Shown: one piece after another, positions 9,165 through 19,067 of the stretch
Numbering within the stretch: the first letter of the stretch is position 1
How the letters are laid out: the number at the start of each line of letters is the position of its first letter
Assembly: GCA_039933735.1 (NCBI GenBank)
Contig: JBDTNM010000001.1
Span: forward strand, 1-59,181
Direction: 5' to 3'
Source of the DNA: a bacterium
GTDB lineage: Bacteria; Chloroflexota; Dehalococcoidia; Tepidiformales; Tepidiformaceae
DNA: 59,181 bases
The notes under the pieces: model-generated
The model's database searches: none
Told to the model about the DNA's origin: nothing
The model's input: only the letters and a program-made list of their open reading frames with translations
Program-made: the position numbers and the translations under genes

Positions 9165-10511
9165 ATGGCTTCAAAAGCACATATCCAGACAGTCAAAGCT
9201 GATTTCCTGGATCCGTCCCTCTATGACGATGTTGGCCTCTCGGGCCTGCCGCGGTTAAGCCGTGGCACCGTGCTCGCTGCCATCAGTCGCGCTTTCGATC
9301 TCGCCGAAGGCCGCCGGCCGGGCCACGCTCAACGCGTTGCTTATGTCGGCGTCTTTCTTGCAAGCGAACTCGGGCTCGAACCGCAGCGCATCGAAGAAGT
9401 GTTCTTCGGCTGCCTACTGCACGACGTCGGCATGGCATCGAGCAGTCACATGCCCCGGATTGACACTTCCCGTGGGGCGAAACTTCTCGCCGGCGGCTCG
9501 CGTGCAGCCGACGTCCTCAACCAGGTGCCTTCCGGCGCCTGGAGCGAAGTCGTCGAGGCCATCGCTCACCACTGCGAAGAAGGATCTCGGGTCGTTCGGA
9601 AGATGGGCCTCAGCGAAGCCGTTGCTCGAGCAGTGGCCAGCCACCATGACTGCTGGGATGGTTCCGGCTCGCCTTCGGCTGAGCCTGGAGAACGCATCCC
9701 GCTCGTCGCCCGCATCGTCGCGCTCGCCGACCGTGTGGAAACATTCATCGACGCCGAAGCCTCTCCCCTTGTCGTCCGACGAAAAGGGCCGGAGATGGTT
9801 CGCGAGATGTCGGGCAGCGAAGTCGACCCTGAACTCGCGAAACGCATGGCCGAGATCGCGACACGCGACGACTTCTGGCTCGGGTTTTATGACAACGACC
9901 TTGCCTCCGCGTTAATGGCGCTGAATTACGGCGGAATCATGGCCCGCGAAGAACTCTTCGATTTCCTCAGTGTCGTCAGCGATGTTGTGGACACGCGCAA
10001 CGGCCGCGAGAACGGCCGTGGACGGCGTGTTGCCGACATGTCGCGCAGAGTCGCGTTGCAATGCGACATGACAGAACGGCGGGCCGACCTCGTAAAGGTC
10101 GCCGCCCTCCTCCAGGACGTCGGAACCCTCGGCGTTCCGGTTCACTACCTGAGCAAGCCGGACATCTTGAGTGTCGATGAAATGTCGGCCGTGCAGATGC
10201 ACCCGGTTTACGCGCGAGACATCCTCAGCGAGATCCCCGGCCTCGGTGCGGCGGCATGGTGGGTCGGATGCCACCACGAACGCATCGATGGCAAGGGCTA
10301 TCCGGGCATGCTTGAAGGCGCCGAAGTGCCGGCCGAGGCCCAAATCATCGGGATGTGCGAAGCCTTTGACGCCCTAACGAGTGAGAGGCCGTATCGCCGG
10401 GCAATGCCCCAGTTCGATGCGCTGGAAGTCATGCGCGGGCTCTGCGGCACCCGATTCGACCCCTACCTGTTCGCGCGATTCGAAGACGTGGCAGCACCCA
10501 CCGAAGCCTGA
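9165..10511 (+). CDS. tandem HD-GYP-type phosphohydrolase domain protein
   Basis: Domain 1: LLHDVGM ... HHDCWDGSGSP. Domain 2: LLQDVGT ... HHERIDGKGYP. Confidence 0.8.
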   Translation: MASKAHIQTVKADFLDPSLYDDVGLSGLPRLSRGTVLAAISRAFDLAEGRRPGHAQRVAYVGVFLASELGLEPQRIEEVFFGCLLHDVGMASSSHMPRIDTSRGAKLLAGGSRAADVLNQVPSGAWSEVVEAIAHHCEEGSRVVRKMGLSEAVARAVASHHDCWDGSGSPSAEPGERIPLVARIVALADRVETFIDAEASPLVVRRKGPEMVREMSGSEVDPELAKRMAEIATRDDFWLGFYDNDLASALMALNYGGIMAREELFDFLSVVSDVVDTRNGRENGRGRRVADMSRRVALQCDMTERRADLVKVAALLQDVGTLGVPVHYLSKPDILSVDEMSAVQMHPVYARDILSEIPGLGAAAWWVGCHHERIDGKGYPGMLEGAEVPAEAQIIGMCEAFDALTSERPYRRAMPQFDALEVMRGLCGTRFDPYLFARFEDVAAPTEA

Positions 10512-10548
10512 CGAGCGTCCGGAGCGCTCTGGCACCCGCTTCTTAGGA

Positions 10549-10574
10549 GAAGGCCCGGCGGAAAACGGGCCTTC
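10549..10574 (+). terminator. hairpin terminator candidate after the HD-GYP gene
   Basis: GAAGGCCCG-(8 nt)-CGGGCCTTC followed by TTCGTG; the U-tract is weak. Confidence 0.4.
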
Positions 10575-10667
10575 TTCGTGCCCGGAACGTTCACCGCCGG
10601 CGGCACTTAGACCGCTCGCACTGGTGAGCTACAATCCCGCGCAGCAACGGCCGGGAGCCTTCGTCCC

Positions 10668-11303
10668 ATGAACACTCGCGTCATCAGCATTTCGCGCCAG
10701 GTGGGCACCGCCGGTGAGGAGGTCGCCCAGGCCCTCGCCGCACGACTCAAATTTCGTTACATCGACTACCAGGTCATCCAGGATGCTGCCCAGGACGCTG
10801 GCGTGTCCCCGGAAACGGTTTCCGAATCCGAACACACCCCCTCATTGATGACTCGATTGCTCGAATCGCTCGCCCGCAACCCGAGCATGCCAGTCGCTGC
10901 CTGGGCTGACCCGTTGCCGCTCGCGACGAGCCCGCTGTACATGTCGAACGACTACCGGAAGTTCATCGAGGATGTGATTCGCCAGGCGGCGGACCAGGGA
11001 AGCTGCGTGATCGTGGGCCACGCGGCGCAGGTGATCCTTCGCGAGCGATTCGATACGGTAAGAGTGCTGGTGACGGGTTCGAACGGGCATCGCGCCCGTC
11101 GAATCACCTCCGGTATGGGCGTCGACGAAAAGGACGCGCTCAAGATTATCGAAAAGACCGACCACGAGCGGCTGGATTACTTCCGGCGCTTTTACGAGAC
11201 AGGATGGCTCACTCCGTGTTCGTACGACCTGTGCATCAGTACCGACCATTTGAATCCGGGCCAGGCGGCCGAGCTCATCGCCAGGGCAGCCGAATTGCGC
11301 TAG
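10668..11303 (+). CDS. cytidylate kinase-like family (AAA_18/CMPK-like) protein
   Basis: MNTRVISISRQVGTAGEEVAQALAARLKFRYIDYQVI is the N-terminal signature of the cytidylate-kinase-like family found in many bacteria. Length 211 aa. Confidence 0.65.
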   Translation: MNTRVISISRQVGTAGEEVAQALAARLKFRYIDYQVIQDAAQDAGVSPETVSESEHTPSLMTRLLESLARNPSMPVAAWADPLPLATSPLYMSNDYRKFIEDVIRQAADQGSCVIVGHAAQVILRERFDTVRVLVTGSNGHRARRITSGMGVDEKDALKIIEKTDHERLDYFRRFYETGWLTPCSYDLCISTDHLNPGQAAELIARAAELR

Positions 11304-11854
11304 CAGCGTTCCTGCTGCTCCTCCCTGCTTTTGCATTCATCAGCAATGCCTGTGGTGGCGACGACGATGACGCCGGCTCCGGGACGGCCGGCAAGACTGC
11401 CGCAGATCTTTCACCGGACCTGAAGTCGCTCGGCTTCACTGTCGCCCAATCGGGCAAAGCGGCAGGCTCCACCCAGAACCAGGATGCCTATACGACCCAG
11501 TACGCCGGCAGCGGCGGGAAGGTCACGGCGGCCCGCACGGACATCAACCTCCATCCGTCCGTCGACGCCGCAACGCAGCAATACAACGCCATTTCGGAAG
11601 CGCTGCGCAATCCTCCGCCCGACCTGTTCGGGGCGAACGCTACCCAGGACGACAACACGACGTTGTTCAAAGCAGATCAGGGGAAGAGCTACAAGACGAC
11701 AAAGGCCGATTCCCAGGGTGTACGGGTGTTCACCGACGTCTATCGCATGGGCCGTGCCGTAGTGATCGTCTACGTGATTGGGGCCGACGGCGCGGATACG
11801 GATGCGGTACGCAAGAAGGCTGCTGAGGAGATCAGCTCGAAGGCGCCGAAATAG
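11204..11854 (+). CDS. putative secreted lipoprotein
   Basis: Signal peptide and lipobox: RIALAAFLLLLPAFAFISNAC followed by GGDDDD. The start is uncertain; ATG 11204 and GTG 11216/11231 all overlap the preceding gene by 73-100 nt. Confidence 0.55.
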   Translation: MAHSVFVRPVHQYRPFESGPGGRAHRQGSRIALAAFLLLLPAFAFISNACGGDDDDAGSGTAGKTAADLSPDLKSLGFTVAQSGKAAGSTQNQDAYTTQYAGSGGKVTAARTDINLHPSVDAATQQYNAISEALRNPPPDLFGANATQDDNTTLFKADQGKSYKTTKADSQGVRVFTDVYRMGRAVVIVYVIGADGADTDAVRKKAAEEISSKAPK

Positions 11855-11914
11855 GCCAACCTCGATTCATAGTTCGCGCTTAGAATCCCGGCTACACCAC
11901 CGGGGGTCGGAAAC

Positions 11915-13201
11915 ATGACTCATCCCACCGAAGAGCGCGCGCGGCGGCTCCCATTCGCGTTCGCCAGACTCGATCCTTCCGTGCGACGCGACGTCGTCTA
12001 TCTGGACGCGACGGACACGGCGCAAAGTTTCGGCATTCTGTATCGCCCCGCGGGTCACGAACCGAAGACGGCCGTCTACCTGATGCACCCCCGTGGCGAG
12101 TTCACCCGCCACTACGTGGTCCCGCCGCTGACAGCCCGGGGGTACGCGGTCTTCGGCCAGAACAGCCGCTACATCAACAACGACACGGACATGGTTCACG
12201 AGCGCTTGTTGCTCGATATCGCCGCCGGGATGCGGCACCTCAAAGACGCCGGGTTCGAGCGGATCATTCTGCTCGGCAACAGCGGCGGTGGGTCACTGCT
12301 CGGCTTCTATCAGTCCCAGGCATCGAAAGCTCCCGCCGACCGCCTCAGTTCCACTCCGGGCGGAGAGCCCATCGACTTGACCCAGGAAGTGATGCCGGAG
12401 GGGGACCTCTACGTCGCGGTCGCCGCCCACCTTGGCGAAGGGCGCTTCATGCTGAACGTCCTCGATCCCAGCGTGACGAACGAAAACGATCCCACCAGCA
12501 CCGACCCCGCCTGGGACATGTACAACCCCGCCAACGGCTATCGTCCCTTCCCACAGGCAAGCACCTATGACCGCGCGTGGTTGGCCGCCTATCGCGAATT
12601 GCAGGTGGAGCGAAGTCGGCGGCTGGACAACATCGCTCGGGACGCCATCGCCGAACACAGCTACTTCCGCGCGCAACTGCGTGATGCCAGCTACGCAAAT
12701 CTGCCGGTCGCCACCCAGACCATGATCGCGAGGCGGGGACGCCTCGGCCGTTACATGATCATCTATCGGACCCTGGCGAACCCGGCGTACCTCGATCCCA
12801 GCATCGACCCGAGCAATCGGCCACTCGGCAGCATCTTTTCGCCGGGCGATCCGATCATCGGCAACTACGGACCAGGCGGATTGGCGCGCGTTATGACACC
12901 TAGAGGTTGGCTCAGCACCTGGAGTGGCACGAGCTCTCAGGCAGATCTGCCGGACACGATCCAGCACGTGAAAGTGCCGACCCTCATCGTCTTCGCAGAC
13001 GGCGACTGCGACATCTTTCCAGCCGAACAACAGGAGCTGATGGCCAAAAGCGGCGCGGCCGACAAGACACTGATGGAACTGCCCTGGGCAGACCACTATC
13101 TCTACCCGGTAGGCGAAGAAGGCAAGAAACTCGCCGACCCTCGCGAGCGCCTTATCGAGTTGATCCTGCCCTGGGTCGAAGAGCGCATCGGGAGCGCCTG
13201 A
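11915..13201 (+). CDS. alpha/beta hydrolase-fold protein
   Basis: ILLGNSGGG nucleophile-elbow-like motif, FADGDCDIF (acid residue region) and WADHYL (His). Length 428 aa. Confidence 0.65.
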   Translation: MTHPTEERARRLPFAFARLDPSVRRDVVYLDATDTAQSFGILYRPAGHEPKTAVYLMHPRGEFTRHYVVPPLTARGYAVFGQNSRYINNDTDMVHERLLLDIAAGMRHLKDAGFERIILLGNSGGGSLLGFYQSQASKAPADRLSSTPGGEPIDLTQEVMPEGDLYVAVAAHLGEGRFMLNVLDPSVTNENDPTSTDPAWDMYNPANGYRPFPQASTYDRAWLAAYRELQVERSRRLDNIARDAIAEHSYFRAQLRDASYANLPVATQTMIARRGRLGRYMIIYRTLANPAYLDPSIDPSNRPLGSIFSPGDPIIGNYGPGGLARVMTPRGWLSTWSGTSSQADLPDTIQHVKVPTLIVFADGDCDIFPAEQQELMAKSGAADKTLMELPWADHYLYPVGEEGKKLADPRERLIELILPWVEERIGSA

Positions 13202-13203
13202 GC

Positions 13204-13758
13204 GTGCCCGCCTCTCGAACCCAACTCGCGAAGTGGGCTACGAACGAATCCCAAAACGACGACCCGGCATCAGCCCTTACGACTCAAGGCTACGATTTCG
13301 CTGCTCAAGTCCTGCGAAATCCCCGGAGCGTTGCTCACCTCAAGGGCGAGAGATTGAGCAGGTTAGTCGGGAGATTGGGATTTGCGCTAAGTTACATTCG
13401 CGACGACTCCGGCCCACGCCGCGTCCACTTCGCCGCCGCGATGGCGAAAGCCGCGCCACCGGCTTTTGAAATCTGGTTCGGTAGCCTGGCAGTCGATTCC
13501 GATGGCCTCTACATGTTCTGGGATCATGCCCGGAACTTCCGGGACGATCGACCTCGCCTCCTCCACGATGCGATGTTCGACGCGCTCCGGATGCAACTTC
13601 AAAGCTCCAACGTGTGGATCCAGCAGAGCGCGTTGCATGGCTTCGGACACCTCCACGATCCAGAGTGTGTGCCCGTGATTGCAACGTTTCTAGAAGTCTG
13701 TGACCAGCCGTGGCTCGCCGAATACGCTCGGAAGGCCGCTCGGTTCGAGGTGTTGTGA
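13204..13758 (+). CDS. hypothetical protein
   Basis: In frame with ORF 12907..13758, but the part upstream of 13201 overlaps the hydrolase gene. GTG at 13204 lies 2 nt after the upstream stop. No motif recognised; SALHGFGHLHDPECVPVIATFL is faintly HEAT-like. Confidence 0.4.
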   Translation: MPASRTQLAKWATNESQNDDPASALTTQGYDFAAQVLRNPRSVAHLKGERLSRLVGRLGFALSYIRDDSGPRRVHFAAAMAKAAPPAFEIWFGSLAVDSDGLYMFWDHARNFRDDRPRLLHDAMFDALRMQLQSSNVWIQQSALHGFGHLHDPECVPVIATFLEVCDQPWLAEYARKAARFEVL

Positions 13759-13774
13759 ACGGGGCCGTGCGACC

Positions 13775-15046
13775 CTAAAGAATCGCCGGCTCCGGCAACG
13801 ACAGAGGCAAACAAATCGCCATGACGGTCCCCGCGTCCGGGGCCGTTTCGACGTCGACACGTCCACCGCTGCGTTGCGCGAAAGCGTTCACGGACGCGAG
13901 GCCAAGACCCGTGCCGCGGCCTTCGTCCTTGGTAGTGAAGAACGGGTCGAAGACACGATTCAACAATTCGCTCGGAATCCCGGTTCCGGTGTCACGCACC
14001 GTAATGGAAGCCTCCGCATCCGCCACCCGGGTGCAGACCTCGATCTCCCCCTGGTTATCGATGGCATCGACAGCGTTTGCGACCAGGTTGAGGAGTGCCT
14101 GCTCCAGTTCCGCCGGGTCAACATCGACGAATGCCTGTCCCGGCGGGGCAGACATGGTCAAGCGAACACGCGCTGGCACCAGGTGGCGCAATGTCGAGCG
14201 GAATCCCGCAACATGTTCGATGACATCGACGCGGCGGCGGACGGTTTCAGGCGCGCGCATGCGGCTGATCGAAAGCAGTTTCTTCACGAGCAGGCTGGCC
14301 CGCTCAACTTCCGATTGGATGCCTTCAAGCTCTTCGGTTGTGGATCCTTCGGGGTCGCTATCCATTTTCGCGAGCGAGGCGTACCCACCAATCGCGGTGA
14401 GAATGTTGTTCAGGTCATGGGCGACCCCCGCCGCCATGCGCCCGACCGATTCCATGCGAGCGGCCTGCTGCACCTGCGCCTGCAACTTCTGTTCCTCGGT
14501 GCGCTCGACACCGAACGCATAGGCACCGGGAGGATGAACCACCGGAAAGATGGTCCACTCCCAGCTTCGGTTGTTGCGGCTCACGGGGACCTGCGTCCTG
14601 GCTTCGCCGGAAGTCATCGTGTCACGGCCGATAGCCGCGTATTCCACAGGCAGCAGGTCTTCGATGCCGCCAGGCTCCGACCGCGCCGCAAGGGTAGCAG
14701 CCATGTTCACCGAGAGGATCTGCCCAGCGGCGCCGAGTTCGACCACGGGATTGGGACTGAGCTGAGGAAATTGCGCCAGCCTGCTGGAGTGCGCCGCCAG
14801 ACGTTCCAACGAAGCGGCGAAGCGTCGCAGGACGAGCCAGAGAATGAACGACGTCACGCCGACGAATGCGAAGCCCTTTGCCTGCTCGAGAAGGCTGCGG
14901 ACGTCGCCGTCCCTCCCCACGATGGCATCGAGCAAGAGCCCGCTGCCAAGTATCCAGATTCCCGCGATCACGCCGTATCCGCAGGCGATCGTCGACGGCC
15001 GTATCCAGTTGTTGGGCTTGAGTGTTGGGAAATTTCGGTTTGGCAT
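13775..15046 (-). CDS. sensor histidine kinase, no adjacent response regulator
   Basis: N-terminal TM helices. H-box MAAGVAHDLNNILTAI, N-box LLNLVANAVDA, G-boxes RDTGTGIP and GTGLGLA. Confidence 0.85.
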   Translation of the reverse strand: MPNRNFPTLKPNNWIRPSTIACGYGVIAGIWILGSGLLLDAIVGRDGDVRSLLEQAKGFAFVGVTSFILWLVLRRFAASLERLAAHSSRLAQFPQLSPNPVVELGAAGQILSVNMAATLAARSEPGGIEDLLPVEYAAIGRDTMTSGEARTQVPVSRNNRSWEWTIFPVVHPPGAYAFGVERTEEQKLQAQVQQAARMESVGRMAAGVAHDLNNILTAIGGYASLAKMDSDPEGSTTEELEGIQSEVERASLLVKKLLSISRMRAPETVRRRVDVIEHVAGFRSTLRHLVPARVRLTMSAPPGQAFVDVDPAELEQALLNLVANAVDAIDNQGEIEVCTRVADAEASITVRDTGTGIPSELLNRVFDPFFTTKDEGRGTGLGLASVNAFAQRSGGRVDVETAPDAGTVMAICLPLSLPEPAIL

Positions 15047-15197
15047 GCAATCGCTTCACCGACACCGTACGGCCCTCCCGGTGTGCCAACCATGCGGGAA
15101 AACCCACCCGTTTCGTGCCAAGCCGAAGAAAGCACGCAAGTCGTTGAACGTGAACAACGTCCTCCACGAGCCCGTCACTCGCTGGTAACATTCAATC

Positions 15198-16667
15198 TTG
15201 GACATCGTCATCGAACTTCCGGAAGACCCGGCGCGGCCGGCATATCAGCGTTTGGCCGAGGCGATTCGCGAAAGCATCCTTGGCGGCCGATTCCGACCCG
15301 GCGAACGCCTTCCCCCGACACGCGTGCTCGCGAGCAATCTCTCCCTCGCCCGAAACACCGTCCTCGAAGCCTACGAGCAGCTGATCGCTGAAGGCTATCT
15401 CTCGGCGCGTCATGGCTCGGGCACGTACGTCGCACCGGATCTTCCGGACCGTGCCTTTCGAGCCGAGTCCTTTGCGAGCCAGCTCGCCCGCAACGCCTCG
15501 GGCATTCCGCCGCGCCTCTCCGATTTCGCCGAGCGTCTGATTGCCGACGGCATACCAACCACCATCGACGAGGAGACGCAGCGGCCGACGAACTTCGAAT
15601 TCCGATACGGGACGCCATCGTTCGATGAGTTTCCGATCGACGCATGGCGGACACTTACCAAACGGGTTCTCGACTACCCGCCCAAGGAACTGTTGGGTTA
15701 CGGACCCACGGAAGGGCTGCCACAACTCCGAGAAGCCCTCGCCCGCTACTTGCAGCGATCACGCGGCGTGCGTTGTGACGCCAGCCAGGTGCTCGTCGTG
15801 AACGGATCCCAACAGGCGCTCGACGTTGCCGCCCGCGTGTTGGTGAACCCGGGCGACGTAGTGGCGACTGAGGATCCTGGCTACCGCGGCGCCCGCGCTG
15901 TGTTCCAGGCCATCGGCGGCAGGCTCGCACCCGTCCCATGTGATAACGAAGGCATCCGCGTCGAGTGCATTCCAGAAGAGGCGCGCGTCATTTACGTCAC
16001 GCCATCGCATCAGTTTCCTACCGGGGCTGTGATGTCGGCGTCGCGCAGGCTCGAGCTCCTGGCCCACGCAAACCGAACGGGCGCCGTAATCATCGAAGAC
16101 GACTACGACAGCGAATTCCGCTACGAAGGCCGACCCCTGGCGGCTCTGCAGGGACTCGACGAAGGCGGGCGGGTCATCTACACCGGCACGCTGTCGAAGG
16201 TGCTTCTACCGGCACTGCGCCTCGGCTACATGGTTGCTCCCCCCAGTTTGCAGCCAGCGATCACGGGTGCGAAGTGGCTCACCGACCGCCACGTCGCATT
16301 ACTCTACCAGGCGGTTCTCGCATTGTTCATTGATGAGGGCCATTTCGAACGGCACCTGCGGAGGATGCGAAAGGTCTACGAAACGCGCCGCAGCACCATG
16401 CTCGCCGCCTTCGCCGAACATTTCGGCGACAGAGCGACCATTACGGGCACGGAGAGCGGAATGCACGTGCTCGTCAATATTTCAGGCGTTACCGACGCGG
16501 AGATCTTCATCGAGGCAGCCCGTGAAAGTGGCGTGGGCATTTATTCGGCCGCCCCGTATTACGTTGGCGAACCGCCCGCCGGAGCGAGCTTCCTCATGGG
16601 CTACTCAAGCGTGAGTGAGGACGGGATTCGCCGTGGGATTGGCATCCTGGCCACGGTGGCCGGGTGA
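15198..16667 (+). CDS. MocR/PdxR-type regulator (GntR HTH fused to a fold-type I aminotransferase domain)
   Basis: TTG start. The N-terminus YQRLAEAIRESILGGRFRPGERLPPTRVLASNLSLARNTVLEAYEQLIAEGYL is a GntR wHTH. The C-terminal part has YVTPSHQFPTG and the SKVLLPALRLGY Lys motif of the aminotransferase fold. Confidence 0.85.
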   Translation: MDIVIELPEDPARPAYQRLAEAIRESILGGRFRPGERLPPTRVLASNLSLARNTVLEAYEQLIAEGYLSARHGSGTYVAPDLPDRAFRAESFASQLARNASGIPPRLSDFAERLIADGIPTTIDEETQRPTNFEFRYGTPSFDEFPIDAWRTLTKRVLDYPPKELLGYGPTEGLPQLREALARYLQRSRGVRCDASQVLVVNGSQQALDVAARVLVNPGDVVATEDPGYRGARAVFQAIGGRLAPVPCDNEGIRVECIPEEARVIYVTPSHQFPTGAVMSASRRLELLAHANRTGAVIIEDDYDSEFRYEGRPLAALQGLDEGGRVIYTGTLSKVLLPALRLGYMVAPPSLQPAITGAKWLTDRHVALLYQAVLALFIDEGHFERHLRRMRKVYETRRSTMLAAFAEHFGDRATITGTESGMHVLVNISGVTDAEIFIEAARESGVGIYSAAPYYVGEPPAGASFLMGYSSVSEDGIRRGIGILATVAG

Positions 16668-16773
16668 GGGGATTCGGATACTGCCCCGCGGTGCGTCTCG
16701 CCACCGCCGATTCACTGTCGCCAGCCAAACGGACGCGATAGTCTGGCCCCACCTCGCCCCGGATGGTGCACCG

Positions 16774-19059
16774 ATGCCCGACCTCACTATCGGAAAGGTC
16801 TTCAATCCCGCCGACAAGACGTTCGGTGAGCCCTTCAAGCTCGATTCGAGCGACCTGACAACCCACGGCATCGTGATCGGCATGACAGGGTCCGGAAAGA
16901 CCGGACTGTCGGTCGACATCATCGAAGAGCTCCTCAAAGCTCGCGTCCCGGTCATAGTGATCGATCCCAAAGGCGACATGGGGAACCTCGCGCTTGCCTT
17001 CGATCGACTCGCGCCGGAACAGTTCCAACCGTGGGTCGATAAAGACGAGGCTGCGCGGGAGAACAAGACCATCGAGGAAGTCGCCGCCGCCGCTTCGGCC
17101 ACATGGACCAAAGGCCTCCACGATTACGGGATCGAACCGGCCGACGTCGCGTCCTACGCCAAAGGCCATCGCATTCGGATGTACACCCCGGGCGCCTCAG
17201 CCGGCATCCCGATCAACCTCATCGATTCGCTGGCAGCGCCGGGGATTGACTTCGAGTCGAACGAGGAAGCCTTGCGCGACGAGATCGATTCGATCGTCAC
17301 GGCCCTCCTTGGCTTCGTGAAAGTTGACTCCGACCCGGTCAGTAGTCGCGAGTACATCCTGTTGTTCAGCCTCATCGAAAACGCCTGGCGCCAGAACCAG
17401 GACCTGACACTTGAGACGCTCATCACACAGGTCGCAAATCCACCGATCGAAAAAGTTGGGGCACTGTCCACCGATGCGTTCTATCCGCAAAAGGATCGCT
17501 CGGCGTTGATGTTCGCACTCAACAACCTCGTCGCCTCCCCGCCGTTCGAAATCTGGCGGCAGGGCGAACCGATCGACATAGAAAGCTGGGTGCGCAGCGC
17601 CGACGGTCTCCCACAGCTTTCCATCGTTTACACGGCCCACCTCGAAGACGAGCAGCGGATCATGGTCACCGCGCTCATCCTTAACAAGCTGAAGACCTGG
17701 ATGCGGAAGCAACCGGGCACGAGCGAACTACGCCTGCTTTTCTACATGGACGAGATCTTCGGATACTTCCCGCCGACTGCGAATCCGCCGACGAAGAAGC
17801 CGTTGCTGACGCTGCTCAAGCAGGCTCGTGCCTACGGAGTCGGCATCTTGCTCTCCACCCAGAACCCGGTCGATCTCGACTACAAAGGCCTCGGAAATAT
17901 GGGCTTCTGGGCTATCGGCCGGTTACAAACGACCCAGGACCAGAACCGCGTGAAGCAGGGAATCGAGGCGGCGCTCGCCGATGCCGCCTCGGCCGTACCG
18001 TTCGAACAGCTCATCGCAGGCGTACAGAAGCGGGTCTTCCTTATTCACGACATCCACCGCAAGGCACCGCAACTGGTTGGCTCGCGCTTCGCCATGTCCT
18101 ACCTGCGAGGGCCGATCACACGAGACGAAATTCAGCTCCTGGGCGAGGCGGTCGCCGGGTCGGCCGCGCAGAAAAAGGCGCAGTCCCAGGCGACGGTCTC
18201 GGCCTCGGCTCCCGCGGGCAGTGCAACCAGCTCGACGCCAGCGGCGGCGGCCGCGCCGCCGTTGCCCGCTCCACTGAAGGCAAAGTTCCTCAATCTTCGT
18301 GGCGGCTCCATGGCTGAGCCGTATGTGGTCGTCCGCGCGGCTGTGCGCTACAAGGCTGGCGGAGTCTCGACCGACGAAATGCAACGTTCGCTCGGCTTCC
18401 GCATGGCCTCCGGCATGAACCCGACCGAGGTCCTCGAACAGGACGCCTCGGATATTTCGGACAACGACTTCTCTGAATCCGGCCCTTCGGGATTGAGTTA
18501 CGGCGACCTGCCCGAGTTCCTCGTCGCCAGCGATGGCGCAAAGGTGCTTGAACGCGCCCTCCGCGACCGCCTCGACGACAAACTCCAGGCAGAACTGATC
18601 TATGACCCGGTCTCGAAGCGCTTCTCCAACCTGGGCGAAGACGAGGCCGCCTTCGCCGCCCGCATCGCGACCACAGCCGGCGTCTCGACCAAGCGCGACA
18701 GCATCGAGGCAAAGATCGCCAAGATTCAGCGCGATATCGCTACCAAAGACCAGGAAGTGAAGGGCCGGAAGTGGGAGAAGTGGCTCTCCATTTTCACCGT
18801 GCTCTTCCGCAACCTGGGCTCCGTGATTGGAGGCAAAGGCAAGGTCAGTACGACCGGCATGGGAGGCGTGTTAACCAAGAACCGGATGGAAAATACCGCC
18901 GAACAACGCCGGGCATCGCTCCAGGCTCAGCTGCAAGAACTGCAGCGTCAGTTGGAGGAAGTCTCGGCTCCTGACAGCTCACGATTCGAACGTCGCATAG
19001 TGAAGCCTGCCAAGACCGATGTCTCGATCATCCGCTACGACATCACCTGGGTGTATTGA
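16774..19059 (+). CDS. HerA/YjgR-like (DUF853-type) P-loop ATPase with C-terminal coiled-coil extension
   Basis: ORF 16615..19059; start moved to ATG 16774 (MPDLTIGKVF). Walker A GMTGSGKTGLS, Walker B LLFYMDEIF, STQNPVDLD. The C-terminal ~270 aa are Ala/Ser-rich and then heptad-like (QAQLQELQRQLEE). Confidence 0.75.
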   Translation: MPDLTIGKVFNPADKTFGEPFKLDSSDLTTHGIVIGMTGSGKTGLSVDIIEELLKARVPVIVIDPKGDMGNLALAFDRLAPEQFQPWVDKDEAARENKTIEEVAAAASATWTKGLHDYGIEPADVASYAKGHRIRMYTPGASAGIPINLIDSLAAPGIDFESNEEALRDEIDSIVTALLGFVKVDSDPVSSREYILLFSLIENAWRQNQDLTLETLITQVANPPIEKVGALSTDAFYPQKDRSALMFALNNLVASPPFEIWRQGEPIDIESWVRSADGLPQLSIVYTAHLEDEQRIMVTALILNKLKTWMRKQPGTSELRLLFYMDEIFGYFPPTANPPTKKPLLTLLKQARAYGVGILLSTQNPVDLDYKGLGNMGFWAIGRLQTTQDQNRVKQGIEAALADAASAVPFEQLIAGVQKRVFLIHDIHRKAPQLVGSRFAMSYLRGPITRDEIQLLGEAVAGSAAQKKAQSQATVSASAPAGSATSSTPAAAAAPPLPAPLKAKFLNLRGGSMAEPYVVVRAAVRYKAGGVSTDEMQRSLGFRMASGMNPTEVLEQDASDISDNDFSESGPSGLSYGDLPEFLVASDGAKVLERALRDRLDDKLQAELIYDPVSKRFSNLGEDEAAFAARIATTAGVSTKRDSIEAKIAKIQRDIATKDQEVKGRKWEKWLSIFTVLFRNLGSVIGGKGKVSTTGMGGVLTKNRMENTAEQRRASLQAQLQELQRQLEEVSAPDSSRFERRIVKPAKTDVSIIRYDITWVY

Positions 19060-19067
19060 GCCGCCGA

